Below, piece by piece: positions 48,709 through 57,424 of a stretch of 64,000 nt of DNA. This DNA is from an uncultured OM182 clade bacterium (lineage in GTDB: Bacteria > Pseudomonadota > Gammaproteobacteria > Pseudomonadales > Azotimanducaceae), in the NCBI GenBank assembly GCA_902567095.1, contig CACFLG010000005.1, positions 1,267 through 65,266 on the forward strand. Reading direction: 5' to 3'. How positions within the stretch are numbered: position 1 is the first letter of the stretch; each line of letters begins with the position of its first letter. Below the pieces are notes generated by a model. The model did not search any database, was not told the origin of the DNA, and saw only the letters and a list, made by a program, of their open reading frames with translations. A program made the position numbers and the translations under genes.

Positions 48709-49485
48709 ATGACCGACTTCCCTACGCCCTACGTATCTAACGATTTAAAAGACAAAGTGGCTTTGGTCACAGGCACCACCTCGGGCCTGGGCCGGCGCTT
48801 CGCGCTGGTGCTTGCCGCCTGCGGCGCAAAGGTCGCCCTGACCGGTCGACGAGCAGAAAGGTTAGATGAATTAGCCAAAGAAATTAGGGAATCAGGCGGG
48901 ACATGTCACCCAATCCCTTTCGACATCACGGATGAAAAACAAATACCCGAGGTTGTCGACAAAGCTCAGAAAGAGTTAGGGCTGGTGGATATCCTCGTAA
49001 ATAACGCAGGGATACCTGATGCCCAAAGAGCGCACAAGATGAGCAATGAATTTACTGACCTGGTATTTGGGACGAACCTTATCGGTCCCTGGAAGCTCTC
49101 TTGCGAGGTCGCGAGGAGACTAATCGAAGCAAAAAAACCTGGGCGCATGGTGAATATTTCGTCAGTGGGCGCGTTTAGGTACGACGGAAACGGGGCCGCA
49201 CTCTACTCGGTAACCAAATCCGCTTTAATTCGAATGACTGAGTGCCTCGCGGTCGAGTGGGCAAGATTTAACATCAACGTTAACGCGATCGCGCCAGGCG
49301 CTTTTTCCTCTGAGATGATGGACGGTATGCTGGAGCGGATGGGCGACTTCTCGTCGGCGTTCCCACGCGGTCGCATCGGAGATCCAGCGCAGATGGACTC
49401 TTCCCTGCTCTACTTCGTCTCCCCCGCGTCAGAGTTTGTGACCGGGACCTACGTGAAGATAGACGATGGACAGGGGGCACGTTAA
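48709..49485 (+). CDS. SDR-family oxidoreductase
   Basis: 258 aa with TGTTSGLG, NNAG and YSVTKSA motifs, immediately downstream of UGSC partner copy 2. Confidence 0.85.
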   Translation: MTDFPTPYVSNDLKDKVALVTGTTSGLGRRFALVLAACGAKVALTGRRAERLDELAKEIRESGGTCHPIPFDITDEKQIPEVVDKAQKELGLVDILVNNAGIPDAQRAHKMSNEFTDLVFGTNLIGPWKLSCEVARRLIEAKKPGRMVNISSVGAFRYDGNGAALYSVTKSALIRMTECLAVEWARFNINVNAIAPGAFSSEMMDGMLERMGDFSSAFPRGRIGDPAQMDSSLLYFVSPASEFVTGTYVKIDDGQGAR

Positions 49486-49512
49486 GGCTCGTGCCATAGA
49501 CAGGAAGGTGAA

Positions 49513-50727
49513 GTGAATTTGAAATCATGTCTAACATCCATTGCTCTGTTGATCTGCCTGATTCTCTCTGTCGAGGGTCGCGGCGAGACTCAAATACCTT
49601 TCTCCGGTATTGCCTTCACTTCAGAGTTATCACTTGCGAGGGACTCAATGCCCTACACCTTTGGCATCATAGGCGACGAGGACTCTAACAAAAGCACCAA
49701 CTTCAGAAACAATCTACGGGAAAAAGCAGAGGGCAAACAATTAAAAAATGGGGCCTTCCTTTCTGCGAATGCTCAAAACCGCTTAAAGCGAGGGCAGGCA
49801 CTCGCTGTCGCTTTAGCGATCGAACGAGAGAGAATGCTTGAAACCAAACTCAGCGACGACGAGTACCAACTTAGCTTTGACATCGACGCCACCATTTTGG
49901 CCTTTAACTTTGACGAAAAGGCCATAGTCTCGTCACATCCTATTAGGCTGACATTGCTCACATCGTTACCAAGGAAACCCACCGAAAATGATAGGTCGAA
50001 GCTCGCAAATATTATGTTTTTTGGGGACACAGAAAAAGAGTGGTTCGAGAACCTCTCAGAATCTTATTTAATTACAGAATTCATGAAAGCTGTTCAGGAC
50101 ACAGAAATCCGTCAGGCCTGGCGCTCACATATTAGAGTTAAAAATATTGATCTGTCCCCTCAAGCGGCAAAGGTTTTGAAGGATCTTGATCAAGACCCCG
50201 ACTACATGCGACAACTGATCGCGTCCAGCGTCTCCTCATCCATGAGCACACGCCTTATGATTCCAGTGCTGCCATATGTTAAGAGCCAAGCAATCCAGAG
50301 CAGCATGACACTGAAGTTTTTTGAAACAGACCTCATGAATTTTAAAATTCCTGAGGCAAGCTTCCACATAGATCTTACACTTCGAGGATTTGGCTCGAAG
50401 ATTCTCGAAGAGACTAACCGCACTAAGGTTGTGTCTTATATCTCCGGTGTTCAAGTCCAGATAATAGATATAGACTTTGACGCGTCTCGAATGAAGCAGA
50501 AATTCCAAGCGGGAAACGTAAAACGACTGACTTCGGATATGACAGAGAACCTCTGGCATGAGTACGAACTAAGTCTGCTGTCACTGCTTGATCAAATAGT
50601 CATTCAAATCGACAAGCCAGACAAGAAATGGGTAGAAAAAAGAACAACCGGAAAATCAAAAACGAGAGACATTGTTAAATCTCTAAAAAATGTTAAAAAG
50701 CAGGTCATTGATCAGGTAAGGAGTTAA
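49513..50727 (+). CDS. Secreted protein of unknown function (envelope cluster gene A)
   Basis: 404 aa with a GTG start 27 nt after the SDR stop and a hydrophobic N-terminal signal-like segment LTSIALLICLILSVEG. I recognise no motif. Confidence 0.7.
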   Translation: MNLKSCLTSIALLICLILSVEGRGETQIPFSGIAFTSELSLARDSMPYTFGIIGDEDSNKSTNFRNNLREKAEGKQLKNGAFLSANAQNRLKRGQALAVALAIERERMLETKLSDDEYQLSFDIDATILAFNFDEKAIVSSHPIRLTLLTSLPRKPTENDRSKLANIMFFGDTEKEWFENLSESYLITEFMKAVQDTEIRQAWRSHIRVKNIDLSPQAAKVLKDLDQDPDYMRQLIASSVSSSMSTRLMIPVLPYVKSQAIQSSMTLKFFETDLMNFKIPEASFHIDLTLRGFGSKILEETNRTKVVSYISGVQVQIIDIDFDASRMKQKFQAGNVKRLTSDMTENLWHEYELSLLSLLDQIVIQIDKPDKKWVEKRTTGKSKTRDIVKSLKNVKKQVIDQVRS

Positions 50728-50731
50728 AGAA

Positions 50732-51865
50732 ATGAAAGAAAGGATCGCCCGGCCGTCATCAGCTTTTATCTTTCTTATGTTTTTAGTTGGAGTCTTTGCC
50801 TCATTGCTCTGGCAGAGCGCTCAAGCGCAGCAAGTGGAGATCAAGGGAACCTCATCCGCAATACTAAGCGGCAAATGTATCCGAGACAACAACGTTCGAG
50901 GTAAGCGTGACAAAGAGACCTTTGCCGAAACGCTTCAGAGAGCAAAGGTCAACTCAGTAAGAAGACACGTTGCAAACAGCGGAATCGCTGTCGCTAACGC
51001 TTACGACGCGAAACAAGCTGAAATAGCCAGAACTATTGATGACTTCATATTAAATCCAAATATTCGAGTGATTTGCGAGCGAGGCAAGAAGAATCTGCAA
51101 ATCGCCGTGACTGGAGAGCTCAATAAATCCGCGTTTGACAGAACCCTCGCCCTCAACCAAATGGCGGTCAAAGATCGATCAAGATTAACCTCCATCTTTG
51201 TCGCCCGAAGGCAGAGCGAGCTCAAAGCCTTTGACGCGCGAAGAACCGAGATCTCACGAACAACCGAGCTAAGCGAGGCCTCGCAGGCAGCGGAAGTGGG
51301 TGCGGATGGATCCATGAAAGCAGAGGGAATGTCGGTGTCGACTAAAAAGACTGAGTCTGGAGGGAATACAGCATACAAAGCCGACCAGATAAAGTACCAG
51401 ACCTTTCGTCCAGACGGGTTGGAAACCGCCACCAACGAAATTTTTGTCTCCCTCGGTTACCGGCCCATCAACAATTCACAAGTCGAAGCGATTAGCAAAG
51501 GAAAATTTAATGTCGCGCTTTTTGAGGAGGAGTTTGCCTCAAGCGAGAATATCAGCAACGCCACGCTAAGCAGCGCTTTTGAAGCTATCTCGGGCATCAT
51601 CCCTTTGCTAGTTATAGCCCGGCTTGATGTGGGCGCGCCAATAAGAGATCGTGGTAACGAGGAGCCAATCGTAGTGGTGGATGTAAAAGCTCAAGTTTAC
51701 AGATATGACGGGCTTTTCTACGAGACCGTGGGCTCCTACGGACCAGTCCAGATAAAAAGCGCAGGAATAACATCGACCGCGGCAGAAAACAATGCGATAT
51801 TAGAGGCATCTAGGGAGGCAGCCAGTCAACTCGGCGCCCAGCTGCTACAAAACAACATATTTTAG
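50732..51865 (+). CDS. Secreted protein of unknown function (envelope cluster gene B)
   Basis: 377 aa, starting 4 nt after gene A, with a signal peptide ending AQA|QQ. Ala-rich helices (AENNAILEASREAASQLGAQL) recall LPP20-type modules, tentatively. It ends ...LLQNNIF. Confidence 0.7.
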   Translation: MKERIARPSSAFIFLMFLVGVFASLLWQSAQAQQVEIKGTSSAILSGKCIRDNNVRGKRDKETFAETLQRAKVNSVRRHVANSGIAVANAYDAKQAEIARTIDDFILNPNIRVICERGKKNLQIAVTGELNKSAFDRTLALNQMAVKDRSRLTSIFVARRQSELKAFDARRTEISRTTELSEASQAAEVGADGSMKAEGMSVSTKKTESGGNTAYKADQIKYQTFRPDGLETATNEIFVSLGYRPINNSQVEAISKGKFNVALFEEEFASSENISNATLSSAFEAISGIIPLLVIARLDVGAPIRDRGNEEPIVVVDVKAQVYRYDGLFYETVGSYGPVQIKSAGITSTAAENNAILEASREAASQLGAQLLQNNIF

Positions 51866-51876
51866 GGAGGAAAAGC

Positions 51877-52554
51877 ATGAAGAAAATAATAATTATAGGC
51901 CTATCACTTATGTTTTTTGGGTCCATGACCGCCAACGCAATCAAATTGCCGGGCATGCCAGGAAAGTCAGACGACAAGGCAGCGTCTGCGGAAGCCAGTG
52001 AATCCGCTGCGGATTCCCAAGATGCTCTGGTCTCACAATTCAAGACCACACTCGGCTCGATACTTCTTGCTCAAAAGTACCTCTCCGTCGCCTTCGATCA
52101 AGCTGATCAGGCCGCGGCGTTGGATACTGAAATCGCCAGCCTAGAAGGAGACTGCGGAACTGATTGCCTTAAACGAGCGGTGAAGCTTTCAGGCAACGCC
52201 ACGGAATCAATCGGTGAGAAGCTAGACGCAAAGACAGAGATTGGCGCAACCGGCAAAACAAACTACGCACTAGCGCTGCCCCCTTACATAAGGGGAACTC
52301 TATCCGTCAAGGACCTAGCAAGCGCCGCTGGTTCCTGGGGCAAGCAGGCGACCGGAGAAATTAAGAATGCCGGCATGATGGGTGCGACAAAGCTCAAGAA
52401 GAAGCTGGGTACGGGCATGTACGTCGCGCAGCAAACCCCAAAACTCGCAAAGAATTGGGCAAAGGCCACAAAACAGATTTTCACCTACGCTAAATCTTCA
52501 AATATCGACCTAAGCAAGGTTGAAGGCGCAAGCGACTTCGATTTTGGTGACTAG
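51877..52554 (+). CDS. Secreted Ala/Lys-rich protein of unknown function (envelope cluster gene C)
   Basis: 225 aa with signal peptide MKKIIIIGLSLMFFGSMTANA. The C-terminus is ...EGASDFDFGD. Confidence 0.7.
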   Translation: MKKIIIIGLSLMFFGSMTANAIKLPGMPGKSDDKAASAEASESAADSQDALVSQFKTTLGSILLAQKYLSVAFDQADQAAALDTEIASLEGDCGTDCLKRAVKLSGNATESIGEKLDAKTEIGATGKTNYALALPPYIRGTLSVKDLASAAGSWGKQATGEIKNAGMMGATKLKKKLGTGMYVAQQTPKLAKNWAKATKQIFTYAKSSNIDLSKVEGASDFDFGD

Positions 52555-52565
52555 CGCGTAAGCAC

Positions 52566-53834
52566 GTGAAAAAATATCTGATTTTTATGCTCCTGATCTC
52601 TGGCGCTCTGTGCCAGGGAATCAGCGCGCTGGAAGTGACCTACAAAACCATCGAAGTTCTTGGGACCGGAAGCAGTCGTGACGAGGCGGTCACTTGGGCC
52701 CAAATCAACGCAATCCAAATGGTCACCGGAACTAAAATGTCTGCCTCAATCGAAGCAGAACGAGGTCTGTCCTCTGACGAGAAGGGCTCTAGGTTCTTTC
52801 AAAGCTCTTATGTAGATGTAAGCAAAGAGACTGCTGGCGTAATAAGATCCTCAGAGATCAGAAGCGTCCTGTATAACAAAGAATTGCAGGAGTGGAACGC
52901 CATTCTAATGGTCACGGTCCTTGATCTAGAGCGAGCGGGAGGGAGAAAAGCCATTGCCATCTCTGACCTGCGGGCAGAAAAAAGATCGTTAAGACCCTTT
53001 GCTCGTGATTTGACCGGTCTCCTCAAATCCAAACTGACGTCCTCGAGGAAATTCTCGGTGCTTGAGCAAAACCTTGGCACGAAATTTCGTCAGGAGCTGG
53101 ACGCCATAATTGAAAACCCCTTGCTCTCGCTGACAGAAAAGGTGATCGTCAAAAACGGTCTCCCACCCGATCTCGTTCTCGTTGGTAAGGTAGAGGCCGT
53201 TTCCTTGAAACTCACTGAGATTGCGCCCTCCTCCGACCTAATAAGGATAAAAATTCCTGACGTATCCGCAAGGGTTAACTATCAGATCATCGATATGTAT
53301 ACCTCGGAGACAAAGTTTCATGATGTTGCTCGAATCCGTCTGACCCAAGCAGATTTCGCTGCGTCTGGCCAAGCGGTGAATGAAGGAAACATTGGGTCAC
53401 TGTCCGCAGAAATCATTAGCACCAGGATAGTGGACAAGATCCTTGACGCCATATACCCGGTTATTCTTACCTCGATCTCTGAGGACAACCAGGTAAGCCT
53501 TAATTTTGGTTCAGAGTTCAACAAGCAAGGGGATGTCTTCAAAATATACCGGCGAGGGGACAGGATATATGACCCATACACGGAAGAAGTGATGACCTGG
53601 GAAGAGAGCTTTATGGGCGAAGTAAAAGTCACCCGGACACTGCCCAAAGTGAGCTTTGGAGAAATATCGGGAAACGAGCAAGATTTAAATCGAATCAGGG
53701 AAGAGCTAACAGAAAGATCAAGACAATTCGTGGCCTACAAAATAGCTAAAAGCTCAGCATCTAGTTCAAAAATGAAGAAAAAGGTACGTAAGGAAATCAG
53801 TGAAGAGAAGAAAGCTTTGGAGGAAGAATTCTAG
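52566..53834 (+). CDS. Secreted protein with an LPP20-like N-terminus and a CsgG/LpoB/FlgO-like middle domain (envelope cluster gene D)
   Basis: 422 aa, GTG start, signal peptide. The segment AIAISDLRAEK..FARDLTGLLKSKLTSSRKFSVLEQN...DLVLVGKVEAVS matches the CsgG-family pattern from memory (tentative). The C-terminus is KKVRKEISEEKKALEEEF. Confidence 0.7.
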   Translation: MKKYLIFMLLISGALCQGISALEVTYKTIEVLGTGSSRDEAVTWAQINAIQMVTGTKMSASIEAERGLSSDEKGSRFFQSSYVDVSKETAGVIRSSEIRSVLYNKELQEWNAILMVTVLDLERAGGRKAIAISDLRAEKRSLRPFARDLTGLLKSKLTSSRKFSVLEQNLGTKFRQELDAIIENPLLSLTEKVIVKNGLPPDLVLVGKVEAVSLKLTEIAPSSDLIRIKIPDVSARVNYQIIDMYTSETKFHDVARIRLTQADFAASGQAVNEGNIGSLSAEIISTRIVDKILDAIYPVILTSISEDNQVSLNFGSEFNKQGDVFKIYRRGDRIYDPYTEEVMTWEESFMGEVKVTRTLPKVSFGEISGNEQDLNRIREELTERSRQFVAYKIAKSSASSSKMKKKVRKEISEEKKALEEEF

Positions 53835-53878
53835 ATCGGATCTAAAAAAACAAACGAATATTTGAAAGAGGAAAACCT

Positions 53879-55672
53879 ATGCAAATTATTATCACGATAC
53901 TCATTATCGCAGGGCTCGTAATGTTTTTTGGGCCTGAGTCCTGTAGCGATTTAGGTGATACAACCTCAAAATCTGAAGCCGCGTCAGAAGAGACCGAGAC
54001 CTATAGTCGTTCCTCAGAAAGCGGTTCTGATGAAGAGGACCCCTTTTCAGAGGTCAGGCAACTTCTTTCCAACATCTCTGGGCCAACGTCTGAGAGCGAA
54101 ATAGTTAAACGAGCTCAAGCCTCTGCCTTCGTTGCGGAGGGGATATGTCCGAATCCCGTTGAAGACGTTAGAGAACGGGAGTTGGCGTGGTTAAAGCAGG
54201 AATCGCAAAAAGGGGCCAATTATTTAGGTCCAAGATTTACCGAAGACAACGATATCTACTTTGGGAGCGGAACTCCCTCTTTCCAAAAACTTGAAGTCAC
54301 CTCCACGCCCAGCAGAGATGCGGTCATCGCGCGGGATATGCTCTTTGCAATGGCTACTCTTCAGGCAAAAGCAGCGATTATTACTCAAATAAACAACAAC
54401 ATGACTGTTGAGCGTTACCTGAAGCAACCCAGGACCGGGATGACAAATGAGGAGGCGATATACAAAAAGGGAGAGGATTTACTTAACAACAGAAAAGAAA
54501 TTGCCGGAGAGATAGAGGCAGTCAACGAGGAACTAGGACGAGTAAATGAGGCATTACTAGACGCAGATGAAGACTACATGGAGGGAGTTACCTTTGGTGA
54601 TCGGATTGGGTCTTCAATTGACGGTATAAATAAACGACTTAACGAAGAATATAATCGTTCAGACATAACATCAGAAGAGAAAGAGCAGCTAGACATGCTT
54701 AGAGCTCGAGTCCAGACACTGAAAAACAAAAAAGAGACCTTGGAAATCGAACAAGAGAAATTAGCTGACGAAATATTGCCTTATGCTAAGGCTGTTTCTC
54801 AAGAAGAAGCGGTGAATAAGTTAGCCTGGCAAACTCTTTATGGTGTTCAAATTGTTAAACAATTCTTCTGTTTTAATCCCGAAAATCGATCCGCTGCCTT
54901 GCTTATAAGAGCGGTTTGGAGCACCAAGCTTCAGGAAGAAGCCGAAAAAACTCTAAGGAGAGAGCCAGTCACTCTTCAACCCACGGATCCCAACAAGCAG
55001 TTCTTTCAATACCTACTGTCAGACCTTGACGTGCAAAGGCCGACTTTTGGCAGATACGTGGAACCAAATGGCTCCGTGGTTTGGTACGCTGTTAGGCATG
55101 GAATTCCTATCCTAGGTAATAGCGTCGCTAGCACAGAAGCGGTTAAAGCATTTGCAGAGGCAATGCTCTTATCCTCGCTCTACTCGGAGGTCGGGACGCA
55201 GGTTCAAGCGAGCAGAGGCCTAGTCGGAGCAGCTGACGGCAGGGGTGCATTCACTACAGAAACACTAGCCGTAAACATGCGAGAAGAAGCTGAAAACGTT
55301 TTCTTTCCTGTTACTAGCCATCCCGGTATAACAGACAATCCCATGGGCGGTGAAAAATTGGAGTATGCGGTTGCATATGTTAGCGCAGACTCTTTGGCAC
55401 GATCACCCGAGATGGTCAAGCTCATTGAGGAGGCAAACTTTAGATTTCATAAAGATCAAGCTTACGTCAAGGGCCTTATCTCTGGCATGCAAGCGGCAGG
55501 CGCCTCGACAAAAAATGACCCCGAAGCAAGTCGAAGAGGCTTTAATGAGGGTGCCTCGGGGGTGATTTCTGGCGCTCAAGAGAACTCCTCAATCAGCAAT
55601 CAAAAAAGGACCGGACAACCAAAACCGGAAAAAGCGGATCGTTGGGAAAGTGACGTGAATGACGATTTCTAA
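53879..55672 (+). CDS. Membrane-anchored coiled-coil protein of unknown function (envelope cluster gene E)
   Basis: 597 aa with N-terminal TM segment MQIIITILIIAGLVMFFG, an acidic Ser/Glu linker and a heptad-like stretch EEKEQLDMLRARVQTLKNKKETLEIEQEKLADE. The C-terminus is KPEKADRWESDVNDDF. Confidence 0.7.
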   Translation: MQIIITILIIAGLVMFFGPESCSDLGDTTSKSEAASEETETYSRSSESGSDEEDPFSEVRQLLSNISGPTSESEIVKRAQASAFVAEGICPNPVEDVRERELAWLKQESQKGANYLGPRFTEDNDIYFGSGTPSFQKLEVTSTPSRDAVIARDMLFAMATLQAKAAIITQINNNMTVERYLKQPRTGMTNEEAIYKKGEDLLNNRKEIAGEIEAVNEELGRVNEALLDADEDYMEGVTFGDRIGSSIDGINKRLNEEYNRSDITSEEKEQLDMLRARVQTLKNKKETLEIEQEKLADEILPYAKAVSQEEAVNKLAWQTLYGVQIVKQFFCFNPENRSAALLIRAVWSTKLQEEAEKTLRREPVTLQPTDPNKQFFQYLLSDLDVQRPTFGRYVEPNGSVVWYAVRHGIPILGNSVASTEAVKAFAEAMLLSSLYSEVGTQVQASRGLVGAADGRGAFTTETLAVNMREEAENVFFPVTSHPGITDNPMGGEKLEYAVAYVSADSLARSPEMVKLIEEANFRFHKDQAYVKGLISGMQAAGASTKNDPEASRRGFNEGASGVISGAQENSSISNQKRTGQPKPEKADRWESDVNDDF

Positions 55673-56093
55673 GTCCTCAGCAATTCTTTTTACGCTCTGC
55701 TTAACAGCCTGCTCGGAGAATAGAAGCGATATATATCCGGGCGGGCACACCCTCCCTGCCATTGATTTTCTTGAATCCCTTATAGAGGATGAGAGTAGAT
55801 TTAGTGAGGGCTATTACCAAAAAGGTGACAAACTCTACTTTCTAGTTGAAGTAAAAGCTGATTCCTACGGTCCCATGATGTCTGTAAAAGCCGAAGCAGA
55901 AAGCACGCTTACGATAGGGCAAGGGCTTTTAGCTTACGCAGAAAAAAAATGCGAGGGAATTTCAAAAATTCAGACCAAGATGACGGAGACCATTAAACTC
56001 CTCTCGAAAAATTTTGAGGGTTTCTACCGCGAGTTGTGGAGCACTTCACTTTATCCGATAGATGAAAAAATCGAATCGATCTGTAAAAGCTAG
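55659..56093 (+). CDS. Small lipoprotein of unknown function (envelope cluster gene F)
   Basis: 144 aa with lipobox LTAC|S. Its ATG overlaps gene E by 14 nt. Confidence 0.65.
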   Translation: MTISKSSAILFTLCLTACSENRSDIYPGGHTLPAIDFLESLIEDESRFSEGYYQKGDKLYFLVEVKADSYGPMMSVKAEAESTLTIGQGLLAYAEKKCEGISKIQTKMTETIKLLSKNFEGFYRELWSTSLYPIDEKIESICKS

Positions 56094-56649
56094 GCTCTCT
56101 GCCTTGCTTGCTCTGTCGTTACTCTCTGTCAGTGCTTGGAGCCAACTAGCGTGGATAAAAAAAGAGACCAATCTACTATCGGAAGCCAAGACAAGCGCAA
56201 CGGTTCAGGCTCTCTTGTCGCCAAAAACCAAGGCCACGGTTCTCACACGAAAAGGCATCTGGGTACAGATTCAGGCAAACGGAGAAAACGGCTGGGTCAA
56301 GCTGTCGTCTCTTCGGTTTGGAGATAGCGGTAATTACAGAACCTCTTTAAGTGATCTCAAGACAGGACGGGAAGGCGCTGGCAATAACGTCGCAGCCACG
56401 GGCGCCAGAGGACTAGAGGCTGAAACCCTCGCTCTAGCCAAAGCAGACTACGAGGGCTTCTCTCAGTTCAAAGACATCTCACAAGACACCGCCTTATTGA
56501 TCGAACTCCGACAAATTAAAATGACGCGAGACATATCAGCGATATCTTTCAATCCGAGGGCAGTAAACGAAAGCACTGTCTTTGAAGCAGGCAACAAGCA
56601 AACGACTAAGAAACCAAAAAGAAGAACTGAGATCGACGATGAATTTTAA
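56062..56649 (+). CDS. Secreted SH3b-domain protein (envelope cluster gene G)
   Basis: 195 aa with signal peptide LLALSLLSVSAWS and an SH3_3-like segment ATVLTRKGIWVQIQANGENGWVKLSSLRF. The C-terminus is TTKKPKRRTEIDDEF. Confidence 0.7.
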   Translation: MKKSNRSVKARLSALLALSLLSVSAWSQLAWIKKETNLLSEAKTSATVQALLSPKTKATVLTRKGIWVQIQANGENGWVKLSSLRFGDSGNYRTSLSDLKTGREGAGNNVAATGARGLEAETLALAKADYEGFSQFKDISQDTALLIELRQIKMTRDISAISFNPRAVNESTVFEAGNKQTTKKPKRRTEIDDEF

Positions 56650-57424
56650 GTCTTTTAAAATCGCGATTTTGATTGGTCTCTGCTGGACGTTGTTTTCGGG
56701 AGGGATCACTGTTTATGGGGCAGCAGGAGATGAAGAATCGGAAATTGGGAGGGAGGTCGTGGCGCTTTACCTGGGCGCGGCGTCCCTCATCAATGACAAA
56801 AAAATCCTCGAATACGTGAACACCCTTGGTCAGCATATCGTGAGCTTTGTTCCTAAATCGGAGCAAACCAGAGACTGGAGGTTTGGTGTGATCGAATCGA
56901 GCGGTGTGAATGCTTTTGCAGCCCCTGGAGGCTACATCCTAATTACTAGAGGACTTCTGAACCTAACTGAAACCGAGGATCAGCTGGCCTTTATCTTAGC
57001 GCACGAGATTTCCCACGTCGTTAAGCGGCATCATCTCAAGGTAATACAAAAACAAAAGCAAATGTCACGCTTGCTCTCCAAGATGCAATCCAATATGAAA
57101 GAATCAAACGAGCTATTCCAAGATCTCAGCGGCGTTTATCGAGATTTTGCAACAAAAGGGTTGGATAAAAACGCAGAGCATGAGGCGGACCTTGACGGCT
57201 CCGTGTTAGCGGCGCGGGCAGGATTTAATTTGATGTCGGGACAGGAACTGCTCTTCATCCTCTCCGAGTTCTACCGAGACGGGAACGAAGCCCAGCTGTT
57301 TTTTAAAACGCATCCCCATCCTCTAAGCCGCGTTGATAAACTCTCAGAGTCGTTGCCCACCCAGATCGAAAAATTTGCCGTGGATTCTGACCCGAGCTCA
57401 GGGTACCGAGGCCTAAAGCGGTGA
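56639..57424 (+). CDS. Secreted M48-family zinc metalloprotease (envelope cluster gene H)
   Basis: NAFAAPGGYILITRGLL...QLAFILAHEISHVVKRHH (HExxH). I chose the ATG at 56639 (MNFKSFKIAILIGL... signal peptide) over the track start at 56582. It overlaps gene G by 11 nt. Confidence 0.8.
   Translation: MNFKSFKIAILIGLCWTLFSGGITVYGAAGDEESEIGREVVALYLGAASLINDKKILEYVNTLGQHIVSFVPKSEQTRDWRFGVIESSGVNAFAAPGGYILITRGLLNLTETEDQLAFILAHEISHVVKRHHLKVIQKQKQMSRLLSKMQSNMKESNELFQDLSGVYRDFATKGLDKNAEHEADLDGSVLAARAGFNLMSGQELLFILSEFYRDGNEAQLFFKTHPHPLSRVDKLSESLPTQIEKFAVDSDPSSGYRGLKR

Noticed and set aside
56582-56638. The upstream start given by the ORF track for the M48 protease (MKQATSKRLRNQ...).
   Set aside because: That extension lies inside gene G and precedes the obvious signal peptide, so the ATG at 56639 is preferred. 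Likewise 33596 was rejected in favour of 33689 for the thioesterase.
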